A stretch of 64,000 nt of DNA from Octopus bimaculoides (Eukaryota). This document shows positions 52,082 through 63,257 of this stretch, in pieces (position 1 is the first letter of the stretch; every line of letters starts with the position of its first letter). The notes under the pieces are model-generated. The model was not told where the DNA came from, did not search any database, and saw only the letters and a list, made by a program, of their open reading frames with translations. The stretch spans positions 76,964,145 through 77,028,144 of the forward strand of contig NC_068991.1 of assembly GCF_001194135.2 (NCBI RefSeq), given 5' to 3'. The translations under genes and the position numbers were made by a program.

Positions 52082-54015
52082 AATAGAAAAGGGAAAAGAA
52101 ACAGGCATGGAAGGACTAGAAGAATGGTGGTAGCAGGGAATTGTATCAGATTGCCAGAAGGAAAGCTAGGAGACAGGTTTACTTAGCCAGAGGGAAAGCA
52201 GATAAGAAAAATTTGCTGATGTTCTGCATTGTGAGGACCAAAGACTTGAAGTGTTTCGTGTTGCAAGACAGTGTGTGAGAGAGAATCATGATGTCATAGG
52301 AGAGAAATGTGTCCGCATGGATGATGGTACACTTGCATTTAATGAGGCTGCAAAGAGAGAGAGTTGGAGACGCCACTATGAAAGGTTGCTAAATGAAGAG
52401 AATGAATGGGAGAAAGAGAGTCTGCTGAATGTTGACCCAACAGAGGGACACGCTATCCGAATTGACAGTACCTTGGTAGATAAAGCAATTAAGAGTATGA
52501 AGACAGAGAAAGCTCCCGGCCCATCAGGAATCACTGCAGAGATGCTCAAAATATCTGGCAGTGTTGGCTATAGCCTAGTCACCCATTTAATCAATCATGT
52601 GATGCATGAAGGAGTCATACTCAATGACTGGTGTAGCAGCACCAAAGTCAACTGTTACAAAGGTAAAGGTGATGCATTAGATACAAATAACTACAGAGGT
52701 ATCAAGTTGTTGGATTAGGTAATGAAGGTCACGGAGAGGGTCATAGCCCAACTAATTAGGGAGAGAGTCAGTTTAGATGAGATGCAGTTTGAGTTTGTGC
52801 CAAGGAAAAGCACCACCGATGCTATATTTCTGGTAAGACAGCTGCAGAAGAAATACCTAGCCAAAGATAAACCTCTGTACCTGGCTTTCGTTGACATGGA
52901 GAAAGCCTTTGACAGGGTCCCCCGATCCCTTATCTGGTGGTCAATGCAGAAACTAGGGATAAATGAGTGATTAGTAAGAACTGTACAAGCCATGTACAGG
53001 GATGCTGTCTGTAAGGTGAGGGTTGGCAACGAGTATAGTGAAGAATTCCGGGTAGAGGTAGGGGTCCACCAAGGATCATTCCTCAGCCCCCTCCTATTTA
53101 TCATAGTCCTCCAGGCAATAACAGAGGAATTCAAGACAGGATGCCCCTGGGAACTTCTCTATACTGATGACCTTGCTCTAATAGCTGAGTCACTATCAGA
53201 ATTATAGGAGAAGTATCAGGTATGGAAGCAAGGTCTAGAATCGAAGGGCCTTAGAGTCAATCGAGTAAAAACCAAAGTCTTAATAAGTAGGAAGGCAGAC
53301 AAATCACAAATCCCTTCAGTTAGATGGCCCTGCTCGATCTGTAGAAAAGGCGTAGGTAGAAACTCCACAAGATGTACCCGGTGTAAGCTATGAACACATA
53401 AGAGGTGCAGCAATATCAAAGGAAGGCTAACTGGGAAGATAGTTTTTGTGTGTGGCAAATGCTCAAGGGCAATAAACACTGAAAATGCGCAGAAAACAGC
53501 TTCCGTCACATGTCGGAGAAAAACTAGAAGTAGCTGATAGCTTCCATTACCTAGGGGACCAATTCAGTAGCAGGAGTGGATGCTCTGAGAGTGTAGCTGC
53601 TAGAATAAGAATAGCCTGGGAAAAGTTCAGAGAGCTTCTACTTCTGCTGGTGACAAAGGGCCTCTCGCTCATAGTATGATGCGTGTGTGCGAACAGCCAT
53701 GCTACATGGCAGTGAAACTTGGGCTGTGACTGCTGAGGACATGCGTAAGCTTGCAAGGAATGAAGCTAGTATGCTCTGCTGGATGTGTAATGTCAGTGCG
53801 CATGCATGACAGTGTAAGCGCCCTGAGAGAAAAGTTGGACATAAGAAGCACCAGATCTGGTGTGCAAGANNNNNNNNNNATGACAGTGTAAGCGCCCTGA
53901 GAGAAAAGTTGGACATAAGAAGCACCAGATCTGGTGTGCAAGAGAGACGATTGCGCTGGTATGGTCATGTGATGTGTATGGATGAGGACAGCTGTGTGAG
54001 AAAGTGTCACACTCT
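52082..54015 (+). mobile_element. RTE-clade LINE ORF2 fragment: RT plus PHD-like finger, inactivated by nonsense mutations
   Basis: One frame carries KAPGPSGITAEML, NYRGIKLL, QFEFVPRKSTTDAIF, AFVDMEKAFDRVPR, GVHQGSFLSPLLF, LLYTDDL and, later, YLGD and RRLRWYGHV. In-frame stops at 52716, 52968, 53205 and about 53390. Confidence 0.95.
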
Positions 54016-55247
54016 CGCCTGCTTCCGCTTATCACTCTTACTGTGTTTCACTTCCTAAAACTTACAATAAACAACTTAGTCATTTCTTCCCCCGCCAAAA
54101 CTACATCTTCCTGCAAACATCAACCTACAGATACTCAAGGTGAATACCAACTAATTCAGTCTCTTTAATTTAAAGGGACCTGTAAAGTTCATGGACACTC
54201 TTCCTCCTACTATGACCACCTTGTAATATGAGAGAGAGAGAGAGAGAGAGAGTAAGTGTGTGTGTGTGTGTGTGTGCCTGTCTGTATAAAACTGATAACA
54301 AATCAATCAATAAATACTGCATAGTTGACAAAGAAAAAAATATTTTTTCTTTTGTAAATTTCATTTAACAAGAATGTCTGCCTGAATATAGAGCAAATGT
54401 ATTGTGAAAATCTAGATTAGGTCAAAATGAAGTGGCACACTTTGGGAGTGATTTGTGTTGAAATGGAGGAAGGCAACAGTTTTCAACATACATGGGTATA
54501 TATATATNNNNNNNNNNAATGAAAAAAGTCTGTATTGTAAGATTTTTACAAAAAATTTTGTTATTTCATATTGCTTAATTTATCTATATAACACCCATAC
54601 ACTCTCATATTTTTATGCAAGTGAGCATGTAAGAGAGAGAGAGAGAGAGAGAGGGGGGGGGAGAGAGGGAGAGAGAGTGTATGTGTGTGTAGATTTATAA
54701 GGTAGAATTTAAATGTTTTATATTTGAAAACTTGATGAATTTATAGGATGCACGAATACATAAACAGACACACACCAATTTAGGAGCATACAAATGTGAA
54801 AGATATATCACTGTCACCATCACTATAACCATCATTTTTACATTTACACCTGCCTTTTTTCATGGTAGCTTAGGTTGGATGAAGCATCTTGAAGCAGGAT
54901 GCCTTTCCTCATGTCCAAATTTATGAGCAGCATCAATGCAAAGACACATGGATGTAGGCCCTAACACATACATGACTGTAAGCAAGCATATATCACACAT
55001 ACAAACATAGACATTTAAACACACACAAGCATATGCATGCATGACAGGCTTCTACACAGTTTCTCTCTCTAGTTTTTCTCACAAGGTATTGGATGCACCA
55101 GATGCTTGCCTAACCTGTCTCACAGTCAGAAAGTGAACCTGAAACCACATGCAGTGAAGTGAACACTTTATTTACTTGCCTGTGGCTGCATCGATGAATT
55201 TAGTAATCAGATAATTTAATATTGTAGCTGTGGCCAGTGCCCCACTA

Positions 55248-55718
55248 ACTGGCTCCCATGCTGATGGCACGTAAAAAGTACCATTCCAACATGGTCAATG
55301 CCAGGTTTGGCTGACTGGCTCCTGTGCCAGTGGCATGTAAAAGGCACCATCTGAACGTGGCCGATGCCACTACCCACTGAGTGGCTCTTGTGCTGGTAGC
55401 ACATAAAAAGCACCAACCAAATGTAACTGATGCCAGTACCCCTTCATTGGCCCCAGTGCCAGTGGCACGTAAAAAGCACTATCTGAACATGATTGATGCC
55501 AGACCCACCTGACTGGCTCCTGTGCCGGTGGCATGTAAAAGGCACCCACTACACTCTTGGAGTGGTTGGCATTAGAAAGGGCATCCATTTGTAGAAACAT
55601 TGCCAGATCAGATTGGAGCCTGGTGCAGCCGCTGACTCTCCAGTCTTCAGTCAAACCCTCCAACCCATGCCAGCATGGAAAACGGACGTTAAACGATGAT
55701 GATGACGATGATGATGAC
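55248..55718 (+). mobile_element. Family D element with a 66-bp tandem head array
   Basis: Units start at 55248, 55314, 55380, 55446 and 55512, followed by the family D body and a (GAT)n tail. Confidence 0.85.
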
Positions 55719-55949
55719 TATATCAATGTGTGTTTTTGTATATATTATATATGCATCAAAACTAACCTCACTTGTGCGAGTGCCACGTAAAATATATATA
55801 TCATCATCATCATCGTTTACTGTTCACCTTCCATGCTGGCATATAAACATGCATGTACACATGCACGTGCATACGTGCACATGCACACACACACACACAT
55901 ATGCACACACACACATGCACACACGTACGCCCCCCCCCCNNNNNNNNNN

Positions 55950-56290
55950 CAGACAGAGGGTGTTTAGGTTAAATTTGACAGTTTGCATAAAAGGAAAACA
56001 CAATCCCACCCCAAAATAAAAATATTTTTTAAAATCATAAAATACCCTCTAAATTATCACCAAGAGGTAACAGCTTACCTAAAGCAGCTGCCCTCAGCTT
56101 CCACCACAGCCTCAAGATGGCTCCAGAATCTGGTGCATGCATTCCTCACCTTTTTGATCTTGACCTTCAGTGTGGCCTTCGTGCTGCAGGTAGAGTGGCT
56201 GGTGCCTTTCTCAACCATGCTCCACACAGAGTAATCCATAGGGTTACAAGTGGGAAAATTATGTGGCTAGATATTGGACCTGAATGAAAT
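55950..56290 (-). mobile_element. Tc1/mariner (maT/DD37D-like) transposase C-terminal remnant
   Basis: Minus frame CNPMDYSVWSMVEKG...LKVKIKKVRNACTRFWSHLEAVVEAEGSCFR* resembles SPDLNP(M/L)DY.VW...RL.AV..A.G. Confidence 0.7.
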
Positions 56291-56337
56291 CATAGAAATT
56301 CTACAGCAGGGAGCTGAATACTGTTGCTGCTACATGT

Positions 56338-56472
56338 GGCCATCCAGCAGCAACACTCTCCAGTCAGTGTTTCACTACAGTCTCCAGTTCGCCAGTCCTC
56401 AGTTAAACTGTCCAACCCTAAGCTAGCATGGAAAGCGGACATTAAACAATGATGATGATGATGATGATGATG

Positions 56473-56474
<2 letters not shown>
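56338..56474 (+). mobile_element. Family D element, diverged copy
   Basis: CAGTCCTCAGTTAAACTGTCCAACCCTAAGCTAGCATGGAAAGCGGACATTAAAC(AAT)(GAT)n. Confidence 0.8.
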
Positions 56475-56557
<83 letters not shown>

Positions 56558-56985
56558 CACATACATATGTCCGTATGCACTTATGTATGTATATATATAN
56601 NNNNNNNNNNNNNNNNNNNNNNNNNNNNNNNNNNNNNNNNNNNNNNNNNNNNNNNNNNNNNNNNNNNNNNNNNNNNNNNNNNNNNNNNNNNNNNNNNNNN
56701 NNNNNNNNNNNNNNNNNNNNNNNNNNNNNNNNNNNNNNNNNNNNNNNNNNNNNNNNNNNNNNNNNNNNNNNNNNNNNNNNNNNNNNNNNNNNNNNNNNNN
56801 NNNNNNNNNNNNNNNNNNNNNNNNNNNNNNNNNNNNNNNNNNNNNNNNNNNNNNNNNNNNNNNNNNNNNNTAGCTACAGACTCCTGACTGAAACAATAAG
56901 AGATTAAAGGTAAATGAATATCTATACATATGTGTTCATATATTTATATATATATATGTGTCTGTGTGTGTGTTTGTGTATGTAC

Positions 56986-57047
<62 letters not shown>

Positions 57048-57305
57048 TGTATATTAAACTTTTATAGGCTGATGAACGTAAGAAAGCTGACACTTTGAAG
57101 TTACTGTCAACCTTTGTGTTGTAAAAAGTTAATAAATCTGTACTCTACTGAAAAAGTATTGACTAATCCTTCAGTTGAATGTTAAATTGTTTATATATAT
57201 CCAACTTCAGATGAAGAGAAAAATATAATGTATGTGTGTGTGTATACTTGTGTATGTTTGTATATATATATATGTGTGTGTGTGTGTATATGTATATGTG
57301 TGTAT

Positions 57306-57442
57306 GGCATCCAGCTGTAGAAACTCTGCCAAATCAGACTGGAGCCTAGTGTTGCCATCCGGTTTCACCAGTCCTCAGTCAAATCGTCCAACCCATGCTA
57401 GCATGGAAAGCGGACGTTAAACGATGATGATGATGATGATGA

Positions 57443-57443
<1 letters not shown>
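57306..57443 (+). mobile_element. Family D element, young copy
   Basis: Near-perfect reverse complement of 50685-50823 and 60870-61006. Confidence 0.9.
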
Positions 57444-57479
<36 letters not shown>

Positions 57480-57558
57480 ATGAGTGTATATATATACATA
57501 TGCATATGAATGCATATATGTAGACGTGTATGTATAAATTTGTATATATGTATGCATT

Positions 57559-57601
<43 letters not shown>

Positions 57602-57755
57602 TAATAATAATAAAGAGATGGAGACTTGTACATCCACAAAATTTATTTTATAGTTATATACAGCATATTATAATGACCTATACATACATACATGCATACA
57701 TACATACATACAGGCATACATACATACATGCATACATACATACATGCATACATAC

Positions 57756-57794
<39 letters not shown>

Positions 57795-58618
57795 CGTGTG
57801 TGTGCGTGTGTATTTTGTGTGTATATATACATGTGTATGTGTATTATGTTTGTATGTATACAATAAGCCACTACTAGGAAAACTTCAAAGTGACTGATAC
57901 CCTGTATTTCTGTCTATGAAAATATTTAGCTTATATTTCTTTGTTGAGTCATTTATCAGTGAGTCTTACCTCTTGCTTTTAATTTAATTTTTAAAATATA
58001 CTAACTTGAAATGTATATATGTACACATGCAGTATGTGTTCATATATTTAATATGTTACAATAATGTAGGTGATGATTAAACATGTGGCTTGAAAACACA
58101 CACATACACACACACACAAACACACACACACACACACAGACTTATCAGCTTTACTTTTATTGTGTAGTATCATGCTAACGTGTGCTGTATATAAATAAAC
58201 ATATACAACCAATACACAGTCACGCAGACAAATATAATATATGCTGAGAAACTCCTCGCACGCATCCCTTTACAGTTACTCATTCTTTCACTAACTCCAC
58301 AACTGTTGCTGTTCCTTGATAGTTTGTTTACCTCAGCCATCCAGATATTAGCCTTGTCTTCCATCAATGTTATATCAATACAGATCGATAGAGAAAATCA
58401 TTCAACCACTCTCTGCCTTTTTCAATCGGTCATATGAATCACAGTATAGATTTTCCTTCTGCTAGAAATGTCTAATTCTGGTGTTACTGTCCTGCTCTCT
58501 TCCTCACAGTTGTTCTAACAAGAATTCTGATTTTGTATATTTGTAGTTTGTTTCCACATTCTATAAAATTGCAGATACTTATACCAATTTATATGCACAG
58601 ACACACATACACACACTT

Positions 58619-58663
<45 letters not shown>

Positions 58664-58696
58664 CTCTCTCTCTCTTTCTCTCTTGTGCACACACAT

Positions 58697-58990
58697 GACG
58701 GTTCAATCCCACCGCATGGCACCTTGAGCAAATGTTTGTTTCATAGCCTCTAATTGGCCGAAACCTTGCGAGTGAAATTGGGTAGAAGGAAACTGAATAG
58801 AAGCCTGTCGTGTGGATTGCACATGTAATTCAAAGGGCACAACGTTTTTACTCCCAATGTCATGCTGATTCAACTTGAGAATTACGTTTAGAGTACATGT
58901 ACCTGGGGAATGCCAGATTTACATGTTGATCCAGGAGCAGGTAATCCATTTGATCGAACAACTGAATCCTCATAGTTGAATGACAGAGAT
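58697..58990 (+). mobile_element. SINE with family A head/core and family B-like 3' half
   Basis: GGTTCAATCCCACCGCATGGCACCTTGAGCAA...GGAAACTGAATAGAAGCCTGTCG (family A), then TGTAATTCAAAGGGC...TGTCATGCTGA...GAGAATTACG (as in 3520-3700, minus strand). Confidence 0.7.
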
Positions 58991-59339
58991 CCACCACCAC
59001 CACCACCACCACTGCAACCACCACCACCACAACCACCACCACTACCACTTATCATGGTTTGATGTAGGTATTCAAGTGGCTGCTTACAGCTTTTAGTGGA
59101 TATTAACAAATGTATATTCAGCAATTTTGTCTTAATATGTATAAAATCATAACTAGCATGTCCTTTGTGTGTGTGTGTGTGTTAGTGTGCATGTGTGTAC
59201 CTATACATATAGCCACATGTGTGTATTTGTGTCTATGCCTATACATTGTCATTTGATCATTTGTTTATTAAGCTGTTAACAATGTACTACTCTTCCCATC
59301 TGGAGCTTTTCAGTAGTAGATTGGACTCAGTTTAAGCCT

Positions 59340-59770
59340 ATTATTTTCTTTACTTCACAGATAGTCTTTTAAATAGAATATGGGAACTTCTTCACAGTGC
59401 CATTTTCTGGATTTCATCTGTAGTTCTCTCAAAAAATTATTTCTTTCTTATGTATCCCACTTCACAGCTCATAGCTTTCCTATAATAACTGAAACTATTC
59501 TTGTGTCCATATTTCACATTCTTGCTATTCCAATCTCCATATTTTTATATTTAGAAAATTTTCAACCTCCTTTACTATCATTTGGGAAAACCACATCAAT
59601 TAATGTACACACCATGAATCTCTTGTCATAATGATGTCTTGTTGGTTTTGCTATTCTTATATGTACATCTAATATGCCAGAGAATCACAGCATTTTCATT
59701 TTCTAGCACAGTCACTGGGACAAACTTATAGCATTTTTCTGTAGCTGGAACCTTCATTTTCTTGTATGTT
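59340..59770 (-). mobile_element. R4/Dong-type LINE 3' remnant (restriction-like endonuclease region)
   Basis: Minus frames VLENENAVILW, CTLIDVVFPND, KFSKYKNMEIGIARM*NMDTRIVSVIIG and EIQKMAL..SSHILFKRL match the PD..D RLE tail of R4/Dong elements. Confidence 0.7.
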
Positions 59771-60409
59771 TTCTAATGAAGGTAGGTAGCAACACTGTCA
59801 CATTTTTAAATAGAATGTGGCAGAGCCAGGGTGAGGAATTAATAATAACAAAAACAATGACTATAACTCTCACACCCACATCATGCATTTCACCAAGTGA
59901 AAAAATGACTGGAAGGTTTGAATTGGAAAGCGGAAACAGCATTTCCAGTCTTTCTTTGAACTGAGAAGCTGAGAAAGAATTTCCAGCCTTTGAAGCTGCA
60001 AAGACACTAGCTGTGGACATAAATTATCTGCTGCAGAAAATATTTTCCTGCCGGAGTTGTATGACAAGAGAAAGTGCATCCATACTTAAGTTTCTTATAA
60101 AAAAAAAATGGAAGTTTTCCTCATTGCAAGCAGTCTGGCTGATGTCTAGAAAAACATATTCACTGACTGAGTAGACACTCTTACTTTTAGCATTATGTTG
60201 AAAATAGAGACAGTGGCTAGAATGTTGGCTGACCTGGTGCATTGTATTCAGAAGCTTGCAGAGAAATTACTAGGTGAAGCACAAAGGTTACAGTGGAAGC
60301 TGTTAATGTTTGTTTTGTTGATACTCTTGTGGTGCAGTACAAAACAGGTGATAAGCACAGAAGTGTTATGCAATTGACTGGGGTTTATATGGATATACAA
60401 GTTTTAATG

Positions 60410-60550
60410 ACATTTCAGAGGCCATAGAGAAATTCTGAAGCTGTTCCTCATTGTTAGTGCAGAAGGTAAAGCCATGAGGTTTGTGGTGCTGGGCAGAAAG
60501 TCCAGCTGTTCTACATGTGGAAATAAAGGCCACTTATGTAATCACAGAGC
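60410..60550 (+). mobile_element. Possible LINE ORF1 zinc-knuckle remnant
   Basis: MRFVVLGRKSSCSTCGNKGHLCNH is a decayed C-x2-C-x4-H-x4-C motif. Confidence 0.35.
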
Positions 60551-60661
60551 ATTCTTTTATATGAGTTTGATTAGATCATGATGTCATTACTTTTGAGTTA
60601 CCTGTCATCATTTCTTCTGATGACAGCTCAATAGAGTTGTCATCTAAAAAAAACTCAAGTA

Positions 60662-60701
<40 letters not shown>

Positions 60702-60869
60702 CGCATGTGCATACTTGTGATTTTCGTATGATATATATTTGAGTATGTCTGTATGGTGTAGCTGAGAAGATAATATTTTGGACTATCAACTCACTGATCA
60801 TGACGGTATGCCTGTTCCAGTTTCTTTTTATTTATTTCTAAGCATGACATTAAGCATACATCATCTCTT

Positions 60870-61029
60870 CATCATCATCATCATCATCGTTTAACGTCCG
60901 CTTTCCATGCTAGCATGGGTTGGACGATTTGACTGAGGACTGGTGAAACCGGATGGCAACACCAGGCTCCAGTCTGATTTGGCAGAGTTTCTACAGCTGG
61001 ATGCCCTTCCTAACGCCAACCACTCAGAG
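60870..61029 (-). mobile_element. Family D element, young copy
   Basis: (CAT)nCGTTTAACGTCCGCTTTCCATGCTAGCATGGGTTGGACG...CCTAACGCCAACCACTCAGAG. Confidence 0.9.
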
Positions 61030-62244
61030 AATTTTACTTTTAGAGAGCTGGTGTATTTGCTTTATCCCTTTATAGCATATTGCACCCAATCATCACCACC
61101 ATATATATTTTCTGTTGTTAATAGGGCTATAAAAAAAATCACATTTTATCAATTTTAGGAGGGCTGTTTTTGTTCTGATTTTTTAAGATATTTTTTCACA
61201 AGAATAAAGGAGTTTGGTTATAGTAGGGTATTGGACTAAATAGTCTAGAGTTTGTTACATCTATATTTACATCCTGGCTTAAATCTGGTAAGGATTCACT
61301 TATTCTTTTCTAGTTTTAAAAAAAATAACTTTTGGAATTTGATTTGAAACTGACAAAAATTAACCTTTTGTCTCGTCAAAATAGGTTAATACTTCTTGTC
61401 TCTACTTGAAAGTATCATCTGATGGATTTGGGGGATCAATATACTGGTTGGTGTTTGCTGTAATATTTTTTTGCCTTTTTGTATCTCTTCTCACTTTAGT
61501 CTTGTGTGCTTTGATCTCATGTTTTTGTTATATTTGTAATTATTGCATTTTCCTTGTTCAATTTGTTTTGTAATTTTTTTCTTATAACACATCTATTTCT
61601 GCATCTAATAGGACCTGAATTTAAAAAGGTATTTCTGTATATTCTATTATCTATTTGCATGTATTTTTTTTTTTATGTATTTCAACTACCATATCTTGTA
61701 TGTAAAGAATGTAAATGCTACAAATGTGTTTGAAAGGTTTATAACACTTTGAGTTTTGTACTGAGTTTTGCGATGTTAAGTAGGTGAGAGTTAAGTCTCT
61801 TGCTTCTATTAAGTATACCTGTTTCTTTTCTGTTCATGGTATATAGAGGTATGTGGAATTATGACTACTTGCAAAATATGCGATGAAATTTCTGAAGTGA
61901 ATTTCAATCTATGAGAAGGTAATTCCTTATAAATTTCATTTGTATGTAACTAGAAAGCTTGTGTAGTGGTTTATCCCTTTCTGATATTGCTGTGTAATAT
62001 GAATTTAAAGATGGAAAACTGCTCCTATTTTAATTTCTCAGTAAATTTTTTTCCCACTTTACTTTGAAAGTGAAAACTAGAACTCTATTTTACAAGTCTA
62101 TGTTCTGAAGGATGATGGTTTTCCAATGCATTTGATGCATTTTTCTTCCTGATATAGTTTTAATATATTTTATACATCAGGTTCAGTATATATATTCTTC
62201 TACATTTTTCATAGCATTGAAAGCACCAGATAATGATAATGATA

Positions 62245-62362
62245 ACATCGAAAAATACTTTAGGAATGAGAACCCAGGTTTGGAATTTCCCCAAGACACC
62301 TGATGAAGGCTGGAGGGTACACCAGTCGAAACGTTGTGTTAACAACAAACAAGATGAGGACC
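62245..62362 (+). mobile_element. Hammerhead-bearing repeat module (Penelope-like terminal repeat derivative)
   Basis: Same module as both arms at 28.7-29.1 kb: TAGGAATGAGAACCCAGGTT...CCCCAAGACAC-hammerhead-AACAACAAACAAGATGAGGAC. Confidence 0.8.
62295..62340 (+). ncRNA. Minimal type I hammerhead ribozyme motif, core intact
   Basis: Stem I GACAC/GTGTT, CTGATGA, extra A, stem II GGCTGG/CCAGTC with 8-nt loop, GAAA, palindromic stem III ACGT, H17=U. Predicted cleavage after 62335. Confidence 0.7.
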
Positions 62363-63200
62363 TTTCAGTTCTCTACAGTTGTTGAGTATCAGGAATGTAC
62401 TGAGGGGATTCAGTCAATTATACTCTTACCTACTAATTTTTTTAGCTTTAAGTCAAAGTCATTATTATTGCTTCCAACAATTTCATGCAAGCTTCTGCTG
62501 TACCTCCAGGTGCAGCTTCATGCTCCTGAAGTGTGTGCAGTATTTTCTTTTGGTGGTATGAAATGGTGTTTACATGTTATGTTTAATTGTAAAATCTGTT
62601 TTGGTGTTCTGGTTTTACTCAAGTATTTCTCCATCTTGTGTCACAGTATTTAGCAGTGATTATGTAGTGTTTGTTCTGTGTTTAGCAGTGATAGTTGTGT
62701 GATGGTTTTAAGAGATGACTGTGCAGAAAGGATACCACACGAACCATACTATAGAATAGAAAGTGTTTTGTAATCATTGTGAGCTGTACCTAAGAGAGAT
62801 ATTTGTATTATAGTTAATGCTAGTGTGACAGTTGAACTTCATACCTTGTGGTATCTAATTCAAATCCTCTCAGGGTTCGTGTTTAGTCATTCATTTTAGT
62901 TGGAAAAAACAAAAACTTCTGGTACTTTACTGATGTTGATTCTATTGATTGCCTTCATTGTCTTGTAGAAAGAATGTTGTTTATCACTTATACAGCCTTA
63001 TTTCCTTTTCTTCCTTCACCCTCCCATTTGCTGTTATTGGTGTCCCAAGGGTGTAATTAACTGAAAGAAGCCTTCAATCAGTATTTTTAGCTATACCCAG
63101 TTTTCTTGTGAAAGAGCATACTGTCTTAAAACTTAGATCTTATTACATGTTCTCTCTCTCTATTGACTACAACTTGTATTTGGATCACACATGTTGATGG

Positions 63201-63242
<42 letters not shown>

Positions 63243-63257
63243 TATATATATATAGAA

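Noticed and set aside
53806-53943. 64-bp tandem duplication in the RTE
   Set aside because: The two copies are identical and straddle a 10-N join, so this is almost certainly an unmerged contig overlap.
55248-55550. CRISPR-like array (36-bp repeat plus 30-bp spacer)
   Set aside because: The spacers are homologous to each other, the repeats are degenerate, there are no cas genes, and the array is the head of a eukaryotic retroelement.
59361-59490. Plus-strand exon-like segment DSLLNRIWELLHSAIFW
   Set aside because: It is the antisense of the R4/Dong LINE 3' remnant, which explains the sequence better.
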